DNA from: Eledone cirrhosa
Lineage: Eukaryota
Length of the DNA stretch: 64,000 nucleotides
Assembly: GCA_964016885.1 (NCBI GenBank)
Contig: OZ024741.1
Location: forward strand, 41,974,001 to 42,038,000
Direction: 5' to 3'
Shown here: positions 27,433 through 39,230 of the stretch, in pieces
Layout of the letters: each line of letters begins with the position of its first letter
How positions within the stretch are numbered: the stretch's first letter is position 1
The notes under the pieces: model-generated
The model's database searches: none
Seen by the model: the letters and a program-made list of their open reading frames with translations, nothing else
Told to the model about the DNA's origin: nothing
Translations under genes and position numbers: made by a program

Positions 27433-27588
27433 TGCTTTACAGCATAGAGTTACGGCCCCCCACGCTCCGAGCCCAAATCCCGCCGAGATCAACCCTACCC
27501 CTCATCCCCACGGAGTCAACAAAAGAGAGTACCAGTGATGCGCTGGGCCAGTCGCTAGATCCGTGCCAAAAGCAGAAAAATTATTATT
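27433..27588 (+). mobile_element. SINE family A copy with T>C hypermutation
   Basis: Colinear with other copies; ~19 T>C substitutions by manual alignment. Confidence 0.8.
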
Positions 27589-27829
27589 AAAGTTGTTTTC
27601 TTAAGGCCCGGTCGCTGGTGATGGCGGCGGCGGTGGCGGTGGTGGTGGTGGTGGCAGTTGATCTTGTTGTTGTGTTGTGTGCGTGTGTGCATACATACAT
27701 ACATACATACATACATACATACATACATACATACATACATACATACATACATACATGATGGCTGCCCCCTTGTTATCGAGTATGCCAATTGCACGATATA
27801 CCATTATTAATAATTATTAATTAATTCTA

Positions 27830-28531
27830 TCGTGAAATGCCTGTGCGTGAAGATATTTTTTAAAGTGAGGAAAGACTGTGTACTGAGCCAATCCTACTCT
27901 CTGAGCGACAGTAGCTATAACCCGAAAAGAAGAAAAGATCAACATCATCGGTAACTACTGAGCCGCAGGTTTCATATCGGAGTTATCCCAGTTTCCTGAG
28001 TTGGCTTCTCCTAGAGGAATGCCCTGAGAAAGGCTAGGGGTCCTTCACTCCCAGTGGTTTAACCGCGCGATCGGGTGTCCAGCCCGACTATTTCTATGTC
28101 CCCGCGCATATACATACACATGCACCCATGCATATACACATATACACATATACACACACATGTACATGTGTATATACATATTTACACACTTTTGGATGGC
28201 CATTGACCCTTATGAATTCTTCCGCCCTTTGTTTCATGAGTTGCCTTCTCCTAGAAGAATGCCCTGACAAAAGCTAGGGTCCTTCACTCCCAGTGGTTTA
28301 ACCGCGCGATACATGTGTATATACATATTTACACACTTTCGGATGGCCATTGACTCTTATGAGTTCTTCCGCCCTTTGTCAGGTTTTGTTTTTCGTCCTG
28401 CAGGGTGTCCAAAATCACCCTCCTCACCAAATAAACTTGGTGGGATTGTCCGTTTAGTCGCCGACGACCCGACCATGCGACAGGTTGTACTGGGTTACAT
28501 GTTGCCAGTAGCACTCAAGAGTGACCCGACA
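27830..28531 (-). mobile_element. RTE 5'-UTR-like repeat, rearranged copy 2 with local partial duplications
   Basis: 27830-28108 duplicates 26880-27166; 28236-28310 is a partial third copy; 28310-28531 is homologous to 54478-54670. Confidence 0.55.
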
Positions 28532-28596
28532 TAACATACATACATACATACACACATTCATTCATAAATACATACATACATAGATACATACATACA

Positions 28597-29590
28597 TTGG
28601 CAACCATCTTGCCCAGGTTTATGAGCATGAAAAAAAATATCATTAGAATAGCGACTGATCTGGAGGAGAGATATGGAATAAAGCCTGATATAAATCTCTC
28701 ACCCAGAGAAATCGGAAGATCCTATTCAATGTTCAAACAAGATGAAAAAATTGACCAATTTACAGAAAAAGTTGTGCATGGATACTTGAGACGTAAAACA
28801 CAGACCATAGAGGGGATAAACCACTCAAAAAGCCTGGCATGGAGTTCCGACAAGTTTATGACATCACACCTTGAGAGATGTCTCTATGCAATACAGGAAC
28901 AAGAACTCCCTACCAAATATCTGCTGCACAAAAGGGGAGGGTCATCAGCTGACAATAAATGTAGGCTATGTAAAACAAAGATCGAGGATGTAAGCCACAT
29001 TGTTGCCAGCTGCGAAAGAATGTCATCTCGCTACTACCTCCCCATGAGACACGATGGGATAGCTAGAGCCATCTGGAACGCACTTCGGAAAACAAAATTA
29101 ACAACAAACGAGGAAGAATATATTGAGACAGATGGCACTAAGGAATACTGGTGGAACCTGAAAATAAAAACTGCCACCAAATTAAAGCTCAACCGGCCTG
29201 ATATTGTTGTTTGGGACCACACATTGAAAACGTGTTCTGTTGTGGAGATCAGCTGCCCACTTGATGTAATCGTTGTCAGAAAAATACAGGAGAAGGAGGA
29301 CATCTACCGACCATTGATGAGGAGTTTACAAATCCAGTATCCAAGATACACCTTTAGCTTCATACCCATCATTATTGGACCAAAGTATGACTGAACTTGG
29401 ATTTGCGGACAAAAAGCGCAGCTCCCTAATTCATAGTCTACAAATGGCTGCGATAGCTGGCACCTTCAAACTTTGCAAAACATTCTTGCGATTCAAGGGA
29501 TGACAATTTCTTTTCTTTTACAACCTTGCCACCAGGAAGGTGGCCGGTCAAAAAAATATACTCGAAATTAAGAGAAAGAGATAACATACA
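28597..29590 (+). mobile_element. 5'-truncated non-LTR retrotransposon with restriction-like endonuclease (R4/Dong-like)
   Basis: CRLC...E...HI...C zinc knuckle, RHD, NRPDIVVWD...VEISCP...K...Y PD-(D/E)xK nuclease; flanked by (TACA)n. Confidence 0.88.
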
Positions 29591-29970
29591 TAGATACATG
29601 ATGGCAGCCACCACGTGATCGTGTTTGGCTATCAAACGAAATCATCTTGAGTCCTGTGAGTGTAGCGAACGGATATGTCTTTTTAGGCCTGCAAGTGACC
29701 TACAGTATTTTACACAGTGTTGGCAGATGTGCAACCCTCTCAACATAACATTATTGGCCTCTTAATGATCATTATGCACTTTAATGAGCATCTTTAGGCT
29801 TCCGGTTGGTCTGTATTCTTTGTTACTGCATGTGTATGCTGTATTTTTAGCTATAGCTATTTCGTAATCGACAGGTGTTCTTTATTCATGACTGCAAATA
29901 TGACTTTTGTTTTACCAGTCTTGCTGAATCAGTATGTACGATAACTTTTCATATCTCCTTCGCATGTTAA

Positions 29971-30183
29971 CCCTTTAGCATTTACGTTACTCTATATTTA
30001 CTATTGTATTTTCACAGTAAAAACTTTATCTCACAATTATTTCACATAATATCGAATCTATGGAATTTGGATATTATTTATTTTGAGAACAATACAATAA
30101 CGTCAGCACGAGCGGCTGGTTATGGCCAGTTTGAACAGGTGAGAGAACTCTGGCCGGATATGGCCAGTTTAAATGCTAAAGGG
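29971..30183. mobile_element. piggyBac-type MITE
   Basis: TTAA duplication flanking TIRs CCCTTTAGCATTTA/TAAATGCTAAAGGG; second copy at 52629-52849. Confidence 0.85.
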
Positions 30184-30757
30184 TTAAATCATGGACATCA
30201 CCAGTTTCTTGTGGTAATTCAGCAACAAGGCTCTTTCTCATACCCCTTTAAAGCTGTTCATGTACTCGAGGTGACTCTAAAACAATTTTTCCCTGTTTAA
30301 TCATCTTTCTCCATTTACTTCTATCGGATGCATCAGTTTCTCATGCTGCAATATTGATGTTAGCGGGTGTAAGTGACTCTTTAGGAGAGTCGTTATATCT
30401 CTTCCTGGGCTTGTGAAGTGGTCACCTTCTACTGGCCAGTTCTCTGTACAACACCCGCACGGGAGAATGTGTGTGTGTTTTTGTTTATCTGTGTGTGTGT
30501 ATCTGTGCATGTGCCTGCATGTGCACATGTGTATATATGTATGGTTGGATGTGTGTGCACCTGTTTGTGGAACCTGTTTACTTACATGTCTGTACCTATA
30601 CGTGAGTGTGCGTACGGCACCGGCACATCTAAAAAAGAAATGTCTGTGATCAACTTAATGACCGAAGCCTATCGCTTCAAAGAGATTAACAATCCATTCG
30701 AAGTCCCAGACATATTCTGTATTCATTTTTTGAATTTTAATTATTATATTACTTTAT

Positions 30758-30977
30758 AGGGCGATGGCTTGGCAGTATCGGTAGAGCGTTGGACGCCATG
30801 CTTTGCAGCATAGTGTTACGGCCCTTTATAATCTGAGTTCAAATCCCGCCGAGGTTAACTTTGCCTTTCATCCTTACGGGGTCGATAAAATAAAGTACCA
30901 GTCACGCACTGGGTCGATTTAATCGCCCCCCCCCCCCCAATTGATGGCCTTGTGCTTATATAAGAAACAATTATTAT
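30758..30977 (+). mobile_element. Full-length SINE family A
   Basis: A-box-like TGGCAGTATCGG, B-box GAGTTCAAATCC, conserved core, (TTA) tail; ttattatattacttta occurs on both sides as a likely TSD. Confidence 0.88.
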
Positions 30978-31059
30978 ATTACTTTATATTACTCTCATAT
31001 ATTCTTATAAATTATTTTCTTTTTTACTATTTTACTTTCTTATATTTTATAATTTGCAA

Positions 31060-31300
31060 TTGCTGGACATATTTTACGGGCAAAACCAACCGGTGGGTGA
31101 CCCAGGGGTAAACCCCGAACAAGATGGTTGGATAACATCCATGAGCTTGGTTGGTCTAGCTTGGGGATCCAGCCAGATCAGCTGGAGACACTTGCTTCTG
31201 ACATGACCCGCCTGAAGGAGTGTTTGAGGAATCTTCCCCCACGATCCTCCCTGGATTAAGTGGGTGAAGAAGAAGAAGAAGAAGAAGAAGAAGAAGAAGA
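31060..31300 (+). mobile_element. Short 3' end of the RTE family at 6680-7417
   Basis: Matches 7194-7417, (GAA)n tail. Confidence 0.85.
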
Positions 31301-31330
31301 ATTTATTTTTTATTTTATTTTTTAACATTA

Positions 31331-32645
31331 CACTGGGTTACAATTTTTTTTTTTTTTTTTTTGTAAGTTGTCTAAGTTTTTTCAACTGACTTAGGACATT
31401 TTACACTGAAGTTTTTAAGAGAACAAAATCGTTTTTTAACACAATTGATTAATTAAATGTTACAAAAAATGATTAGTGTACATCGAATAGTAGAGTTTAA
31501 TAAAGGTAAAACTACATGTAAATTGGATGTTAGATCATCATTGTTCAAAATTCAGGGCTGGAATTTCTGTTTCTTCGAACTCCTAGAATGCTCAGGCAGG
31601 GGTGTCTCTCTTCAGAGTCCAACAGTAATCAGCCATCATGACTGCATCCCAGCATTCCTGATACCTCGCCCCCTTCTCTTTCATGTCCTTATGGAATTTC
31701 GCTCCTTGCTCGTCACTCATTGATCCCAGATTCTTAGTAAACCGATCGATATATGAGAATAAATTATGTATTTTGATGCTCATGTTGCATCCAAGGTTTC
31801 TGAAAGCAGTCAGTATATTGGTGACAAGTTCTGCATAGTTACTGTCCTTGTTGCCAAGAAAGTTCTTCATGACCAGAAGAAAAGCCTTCCACACTTCCAG
31901 TTTCACTTCGTTCATTGAGTTTTCAAACTCTGGATCTCTGATGAGTTGACGCCAGCTTTCAATTACTCCATGGTCGACCCTGGAAAAGTGTGACACAAGT
32001 AAGTGAAGCAGCCACCATCCTTGTCCAGAGCTTTGGTGAACTGTTTGATCAAGCTGAGCTTGAAGAGTATCCTATCTCTGTCCACCAGAGGGCTGTTTAT
32101 GACATGATTTACGCTGCAAGGTAAATTCCTCCTGTACAGACCAGTCATTTTTCGTGTAATGCTGCACTTGATCCCTATTATCCCACATGCACAGAAAGCA
32201 CGGGTACTTGGTGAACCAGGATTGTTGTCCCAACAAAAAGTTCACCATCTTCAGGTCAACACAAATCAACCACTCATACTGATCATAACGAATTTTCTCC
32301 AGCACCTACTTCACCGCTTCATACTTCTCCTTCAGGGAAGTTGAGTGAACGAGGGGTACAGAGGTAAACTGGTTGCCGTTGTGCAGCAGAACACATTTCA
32401 GTGATCGCTTGTTGCTGTCAATGAACATTCTCCAATCTTCGGGTTGGTGCTGTGGCACTCCAAGTTTGTACAGAAACTGCGCAATATCTGTGCAGTACAC
32501 CAAGTCCTTCTCTTCAGAGACAAAATGGAGATACTCTTGATGTCTATTGCAGTAAAAGATGATGCAACCACTGTCAGTGAGGAGGTTTTTTTCCTTCAGT
32601 CTGGATGCAAGCAGTTTGGCAGAGGACTTTGACAAGCTGAAGTGA
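31331..32645 (-). mobile_element. CMC/Chapaev3-like DNA transposon relic (transposase pseudogene + one terminus)
   Basis: LFIDS-like MFIDS.KRSLK.VLLHNGN, ICVDLKMV, TKYPCFLC.WD, EQG..FH.D, MMADYCW motifs; terminus CACTGGG at 31331 preceded by TTA. Confidence 0.78.
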
Positions 32646-33044
32646 AAATTCACGAATAAATAGTAAAAGGTGAAAATAAATGATAAATAATTATTTATCA
32701 TTTATTTTCGTGAATTTTCTATTTTTTTTATTTACAATTATTATAACTCTTGTACCTCGCTATTTTAATTTTAATTTTTATTTATTATATAAATTGTGCT
32801 TTTATGGAGAAGATTTCTTAAAGTTTCGTAATCCAAGTTTCAAGATCGTACACAATATAAGGTAGCGTCCTTGAGTAAAAGTGACAATTATTTTTTTTTC
32901 AACTTTATCAACATAATCATCATCGGCATTTTCAAAAATATATAATCATAACTTTATTAATATTTAAAAGCGGAAAAGGAAGGAAAGACAAGGGCTCTTG
33001 GATCACAGAAGAAGGGGGGCATAAGGGGATGGGTTTGGGGCCTA

Positions 33045-33150
33045 TTTTTATTTTATTTTTATTTTTATTTTTATTTTTATTTTTATTTTTATTTTTATTT
33101 TTATTTTTATTTTTATTTTTATTTTTATTTTTATTTTTATTTTTATTTTT
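33045..33150. repeat. (ATTTTT)n hexamer repeat
   Basis: Directly visible. Confidence 0.95.
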
Positions 33151-33199
33151 GGCTCTTTTAGCACACTATTTTAGTTTAATTCATTTTACTTTATTATGT

Positions 33200-33386
33200 T
33201 TTGGTGAATTGACGGAATCAGTAGAGTGACGGACAACATGCTTCGCGGCATAGTTACGGGCACTTAACTTTGCCTTTCATTCCTTACGGGGCGATAAAAT
33301 AAAGTACCAGTAATGCACTGGTCGATTTAATTGACTTTCCCCTTCCCTCAAATTGCTGGCATTGTGCCTATATCAGAAAGCATTAT
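33200..33386 (+). mobile_element. SINE family A copy with internal deletion of the B-box region
   Basis: Head and core colinear with 30758-30977. Confidence 0.75.
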
Positions 33387-33716
33387 GTTTGGCATAATAT
33401 TCCCTTCCCCTACCTGTCACTTCTCCCCTTTCCGTTCCCTCTTTTTCTTTTCTTCTCCCCCCCTCCCCTCCATTCACTATTATCTCCTATTCCTATCTGT
33501 CACCTCTTACTCCGAACCTTCTATTCCCAAACCCCCTTCTCTATTCTGTCCGATACCAGATATGCTCAACACTTCCCCTCAACCCACTTTATCCTTCGTC
33601 TCATTCCGTTTCTCTTTCTCCCCCCTCCCTCCTCTTTCATTTCTTTTTCTTTTCATCTCTTGTCCTTTCCTTTTTACCCTTTATTCTTCATCTAACCAAC
33701 TAATCAAAAGAAAGAA

Positions 33717-33809
33717 CACGAGTCTGATGAGCTATTGATTCCAGAGTCGGGTCCGATCGATACGGATCATACCTTGAGTTTATCAATCGCGAAACGCACG
33801 TAACACATG
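33717..33809 (+). ncRNA. Type I hammerhead ribozyme with long stem II (solo pLTR-like context)
   Basis: cacgaGT-CTGATGA-GC-t-ATTGAT...ATCAAT-c-GC-GAAA-CG(ca)CG-T-A-ACacatg, then AATAAA; preceded by a pyrimidine-rich tract. Confidence 0.8.
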
Positions 33810-33858
33810 AATAAACTCAACAATGATATTTTGACACGTCGTTCCTACTCATTATTAT

Positions 33859-34020
33859 ATGGCAGAATCGGTAGAGGGTCGGACGCCATGCTTTGACGCA
33901 TAGAGTTACGGCCCTTTCTAGTCTGAGTTCAAATCCCGCCGAGGTTAACTTTGCCTTTCATCCTTACGGGGTCGATAAAATAAAGTACCAATAATGTACT
34001 GGGTAATTGCTGGCTTTGTG
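33859..34020 (+). mobile_element. SINE family A
   Basis: A/B boxes and core. Confidence 0.85.
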
Positions 34021-34309
34021 TGGATGTATATGTGTGTGTGAGTGTGTTTGCGTGTATATATGTGAGTGTGTGTATGTATGTGTATGCATGTACATGTGTG
34101 TGTGTTTGTGTGTGTGGAACCACTCTGGGAATCGATGTGATTGAAGAATATACAGTGAAATGGATGGATCGAAAGTCAAGTGGGGCTTATTGGAACGAAT
34201 GTTAAGTTAATCAATGAATATATATATCATAGTAAAAGACACGTCTACATAATATTTCAATACTGACTGTCTAGTTGGATGGCTGACGGGTTGATAACTT
34301 GTAGAGGAG

Positions 34310-34640
34310 CAGGTATATACCTAGGTAGCCATCTTCACATACCGGTAGCTCTCCGACAGGTTTGCGGTTATACTCTTGGCAGTGAGGACTTCTGGTGTCC
34401 TCGGCCCTAGGGCTAAATCCCTACTCACCACCATAAGCGCTGAGCTGGCCAGCCGCAGGTGTGAGTCTCGCGAGCTGAAATGGCTTTTCCAGCTCGTCAA
34501 CCTTGCCGTCCCCCGGGGAAACGCCTTCTCCATTCTGTCCGCCGGGGCTGTGGGGAGACCACCAATATGATAGACTGACTTGTCATTTTATCAGTCAGAT
34601 GTTCTGTACTATCATTGAATACAACAGTTACTTCTCATAC
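34310..34640 (+). mobile_element. 3' fragment of CRE-like (RLE) non-LTR retrotransposon
   Basis: LAV.TSGVLGP...LFQ.VNLAV.RGNA.SIL resembles the CRE/RLE C-terminal motif. Confidence 0.6.
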
Positions 34641-34926
34641 TACTCATGGAGACTATGAAAAGTTAGAAAGGTCGAGATCGGTGAGTCAAACCAAGGCGCA
34701 ATGCCAAACGAGATGGGTTGGTGATAGTTAGTAGCAAGCCTTCCGACACTAAGGGGATTTGGCAACTTACAATAATTTCTTTCAATATATTTGTGGTTTT
34801 GGTTTTATACTACAGTGATTTTCTATTGACTCAAATGTATTTGTATGATTATGTTTTATCATTTCTTTCTTTGTATCGTATTGGTGATAAAAAAACGTGA
34901 TACAATAATAACAATACACATGTAGA

Positions 34927-34973
<47 letters not shown>

Positions 34974-34974
<1 letters not shown>

Positions 34975-35100
34975 CGAAGGAATTGTGCTAAGGAACCAGA
35001 TGGACCATAACGCACCAGAGTACTCAATACTTAGGGTAGTAGAGTGGGTAATAGCCGTTGAAACGGCTTGAGCTCTGCCGTCGGACTCAAACATTTTCCT

Positions 35101-35102
<2 letters not shown>
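34974..35102. mobile_element. Mini derivative A of PLE 2 family
   Basis: Same 80-bp tail as 20263-20345 joined to the opposite-strand HHR 3' half; in (TA)n. Confidence 0.8.
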
Positions 35103-35139
<37 letters not shown>

Positions 35140-35315
35140 GTGTGTGTGTGTGTGTGCGTGTGTGTGTGTGTGTGTGTGTGCATGTGTGCGTGTGTGTGTG
35201 TATATGTGTATGTGTGTGTGTAAAGTATTTCTGTAGAAAAGGTAACGGAAAGAAAAGTGCTCTGTGTATTCTACAGAGCTATTTAATTACATAATAAAAA
35301 ACACAATATAATTAT

Positions 35316-35384
35316 TCCATTACCAAAGGTTTCAGGAAACTAGACAATTCTAACAGAAACGTCTGATTTCGTTCATCAGATGAA
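35316..35384 (-). ncRNA. Type I hammerhead ribozyme
   Basis: Minus strand: TTCAT-CTGATGA-A-c-GAAA...TTTC-c-T-GAAA-CC(ttt)GG-T-A-ATGGA. Confidence 0.78.
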
Positions 35385-35739
35385 CTATTATGGATATAAG
35401 ATATAAAATTAAAATCTATTACAATTGAAAGTGAGGCTGAATTAAAATAACAGAAAAAATACATGTACTTACAGAATCAGATATACATACATCCACACAT
35501 ACATAAAATTGAAGATAGAAATAAAGATAAAAACTATACATACACACATAGAAAGATACACACATGCATATGCACATATACAGATATATATATATATATA
35601 TATACACACACATATATATATATATATAGACATATGGACACTTGTGTATAAAAACCACTCACAGATATATACACACATAAAATACGTACGATCAGATATA
35701 TATGTATGTACATACACATAAATAATAACATGTATACAT

Positions 35740-35797
<58 letters not shown>

Positions 35798-35799
35798 TC

Positions 35800-35837
<38 letters not shown>

Positions 35838-35838
<1 letters not shown>

Positions 35839-36043
35839 GAAAAAGTATGACCCCGACGGCAGAGCTCAAGCCGTTTCGACGGCTATTTCTGGACTAAGAA
35901 ATAGTACAGAAATAGCCGTCGAAACGGCTTGAGCTCTGCCGTCGGGATCATACTTTTTCCTATTACTCACTCTACTACCCTAAGTATTGAGTACTCTGGT
36001 GCGTTATGGTCCATCTGGTTCTTTACCACAATTCCTTCGTTAT
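35838..36043. mobile_element. Mini palindromic derivative B of PLE 2 family
   Basis: Arms 35838-35891 / 35907-35960 plus the 80-bp tail ending ttcgt-(TA). Confidence 0.85.
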
Positions 36044-36331
36044 ATATATTAATGACCGGTAACGACCTTAATAAAAACTGAAACTAGTGATTTCCAGAGG
36101 TTGACTGAGGAGATGGAACTATCTGTCTTTCCGTTTTTCTCCATTGTCTTTGTGCTGTACACACCATATTTTGAATATATATACATTGTGATGAGACGTA
36201 CTCTCTTCAATGCATTCTAAACATCAGTGAAGACAGTCGTTGAGCGGGATTTGTCCCTGTGTTTGTGTTTCTCTCACGTGTTCTAAATAATATTTATTGG
36301 TAACCACACAGCGCCGTTCTTACTTTTCTAA

Positions 36332-36397
<66 letters not shown>

Positions 36398-36524
36398 AAA
36401 GTTCTATTTAAATTGTTGGGATACAACAAGTAAATATTTTTATAACTGATATAAAGCACTCGACAAGTATTTGGAGTAGATATACGATATTAACAAATGG
36501 AAACTATATTTATAAAACCATATT

Positions 36525-36589
36525 TATTCCATTATACATATTTCAGGGATACCAAATTAAATTATGGTATGCCTTCATCAGACAAAATA
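36525..36589 (-). ncRNA. Type I hammerhead ribozyme
   Basis: Minus strand: TATTTTGT-CTGATGA-AGG-c-ATACCA...TGGTAT-c-CCT-GAAA-TA(tg)TA-T-A-ATGGAATA; same family as 50236-50456. Confidence 0.82.
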
Positions 36590-36707
36590 CAAAACTGTAA
36601 TGGAAGCTCTGAGAAGTTGTAAATGAATGATGTATCAAATACTTGTGCCCCCGATTCATATATACATATATAAAGAAGAGAAGTGGCTGTGTAGTTGCTA
36701 GATAAGG

Positions 36708-37220
36708 TAGGCTTAAAAATAAGAAGAAAGCAAAAACGGGAGAAGTTTTCCTCATCAGTTGTCTGCTGGGAATCTCGGATATTTCTACGCATTGTTGCTA
36801 TCTACCCCCCGCCCCTCTTTCTTTCTCTCCCTTTCTCCCTCTCACTTTCAACCACCCTCTTTCTAACCACCTCATCGTTTCCCTCGCAGGGGTCCGACAT
36901 GTCCTTTTGCCCGTCCGCACAATATAGAACTTATGTTCAGTAATCGTCGGGGATTTCAATTGTCTCTTTTCGAGTTGCTCACACACTCTTCGGTTTGTTG
37001 TTTCCCGATTTTTTTTCGATTTCTTTTTGTGCTGTTTTTTTCTTTTCTTCCCGTTTCCCTTCTTTTATCCTATATTTGTTTTCCCAATAACTTATCTAGT
37101 TATTGAACGTACTGGCGGTAGATATGTTGTCTTTAATGCGTAGAAATATCCGAGAGCCCCAACAGACAACTGATGAGGAAAATTTCTCCCGTTCTTGCTT
37201 TCTTCTTATTTTTAAGCCTA
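36708..37220. repeat. Inverted repeat (~85-bp arms), probable PLE terminus
   Basis: 36708-36793 vs 37134-37220; ends in TA run. Confidence 0.7.
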
Positions 37221-37240
37221 TATATATATATTTAAAAAAA

Positions 37241-37441
37241 CGAAGGAGTTGTGGTAAGGAACCAGATGGACCATAACGCACCAGAGTACTCAATACTTAG
37301 GGTAGTAGAGTGGGTAATAGGAGAAAGTATGACCCCGACAGCAGAGCTCAAGCCGTTTCGACGGCTATTTCTGGACTAAGAAAAAAAAAATGGCCGTCGA
37401 AACGGCTTGAGCTCTGCTGTCGGGTCATACTTTCTCCTATA
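37241..37441. mobile_element. Mini palindromic derivative C of PLE 2 family
   Basis: Tail 37241-37316, arms 37317-37367 / 37391-37441. Confidence 0.85.
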
Positions 37442-37476
37442 GTTAAAAAAATAGAGGCGTGACACACCAGTTGTGA

Positions 37477-38080
37477 TATATTAGTAAAAAGGAAAAGAAA
37501 ATGCTGACAAATTTTTCCCAGTGAAAAATAGTTTAATTAGGAATAAGTATAAATAAGTATTAGTTAGTATTCAGTTTTAGTTTTAAGTTTTTACCGGTTG
37601 CTCATTTCTTTTGCTTTTCAAACATAATTTTGAGATAGAGCGCTCGTGATGTTTGCTCTAATCCTACCACCCCATCACCCTACCACTGCGGCGACATATC
37701 CTCCGTTCCTTCCGTATCCTCTCTTCTGACCCCGTCACTTCTCGCTTTTTTCCAAACCCATTCATTACTGCTTTTAAGCGCGCCCGCAACCTCCGCGACC
37801 TCCTGGTTCGCAGTTCCTTTTCGTCCTCTCCCACGACTCCACCCGGCTCTCATCCTTGTTCCCGTTCCCGCTGCAACACTTGTCACTTTAGAGCAAAAAT
37901 CGCCAGCACTCTATCTCAAAATTATTTTTGAAAAGCATAAGAAATGAGCAACCGGTAAAAACTTAAAACTAAAACTGAATACTAACCAATACTTATTACT
38001 AATTTATACTTATTCCTAATTAAACTATTTTTCACTGGGAAAAATTTGTCAGCATTTTCTTTTCCTTTTTACTAATATAT
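37477..38080. mobile_element. PLE derivative: ~165-bp inverted arms around a Neptune-like linker fragment
   Basis: 37477-37644 vs 37905-38080; 37662-37886 (+) reads SYHP...FPNPFITAFKRARNLRDLLVRS...GSHPCSRSRCNTC. Confidence 0.8.
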
Positions 38081-38087
38081 ATATATG

Positions 38088-38192
38088 CAGGGTGTCCCCC
38101 CCCCCCCCAAATGTATACACACTTCAACAGCATTTGATGAATATTACCTATACAGGTAATCAAAGTATGTATACATTTGTTTAGGACACCCG
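38088..38192. mobile_element. Tiny Tc1/mariner-type MITE (same family as 39-117)
   Basis: CAGGGTGTCC...GGACACCCG termini, shared internal sequence. Confidence 0.6.
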
Positions 38193-38284
38193 TTATATAT
38201 ATATATATATAATAGGTTCTTTTTTTATGGGAGCGCCAGGGTGATTTGAAATTTGAGAAAATATCTGTGAATGGCGGATTTTTA

Positions 38285-38690
38285 GCTTGCGAAAATCAAT
38301 GGGAAGAAATATTGTCCTGTTCTGTGCGGTGGTACACCCTGGGGTGGCTGTAGAGGCCAATCCTGAACCTGCAGGTTCTGGTACAGTTGTGGCAAATGTA
38401 TATTTGGTCAATTAGTGGTTGGATGGCGGACAGCTTTCTTTGATGTTTGTCTTCAGCCGCCGCCTTCCTGCCCTCTTTAAAGCTGGCTGCAGCTGTTTTG
38501 ATGGTCACTCTCTATTTCTGTCTGTTATCTGCCTGGTGTTCCCATTACCTGTGATCAATGTTGCCTTGGCTCAGCTGTCACTTGAGTTGGTCCTTGAAGT
38601 TTTTTAGAGGTGGGTGGTAGTGGTGGTGGTGGTGGGGGCTTGGTTTCGATTGCCTTGATGTAGTTCGCCGTAGAAAACTGCTTGTAACAT
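38285..38690 (-). mobile_element. RTE LINE C-terminal fragment
   Basis: C..C.R.C..RIGLYSH zinc-finger-like C-terminus; upstream FYGEL..G.R motif. Confidence 0.75.
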
Positions 38691-38819
38691 CAGTCAATTG
38701 CTATAAATAGTAGCTTTAGTAAATCGGGTAAAATACACTTAAGAACAGTACAACGTGGACAGCACAACATACACACACATGCAGACACACACACACACAC
38801 ACGCGCGCACATATATAGG

Positions 38820-38874
38820 AGAGAGAAAGCGAGAGAGAGGGAAGAGAAAGGGAAACGGGGAAAATTATATTAGA

Positions 38875-38912
<38 letters not shown>

Positions 38913-38947
38913 GGAAGAGAAAGGGAAACGAGGAAAATTATATTAGA

Positions 38948-39015
<68 letters not shown>

Positions 39016-39050
39016 GGAAGAGAAAGGGAAACGGGGAAAATTATATTAGA

Positions 39051-39098
<48 letters not shown>

Positions 39099-39133
39099 GG
39101 AAGAGAAAGGGAAACGAGGAAAATTATATTAGA

Positions 39134-39181
<48 letters not shown>

Positions 39182-39230
39182 GGAAGAAAGATGGAGATTA
39201 TATTAGATTTAACCAACAGAAGAGAGAGAG
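38820..39230. repeat. Compound minisatellite: gatggggaagagaaagggaaacg(g/a)ggaaaattatattagatttaa + (GA)n, ~5 units
   Basis: Directly visible. Confidence 0.9.

Noticed and set aside
37165-37200. CTGATGA plus GGA...TCC hairpin (mirror at ~36730-36765)
   Set aside because: No GAAA or stem III after stem II; at best a deleted HHR
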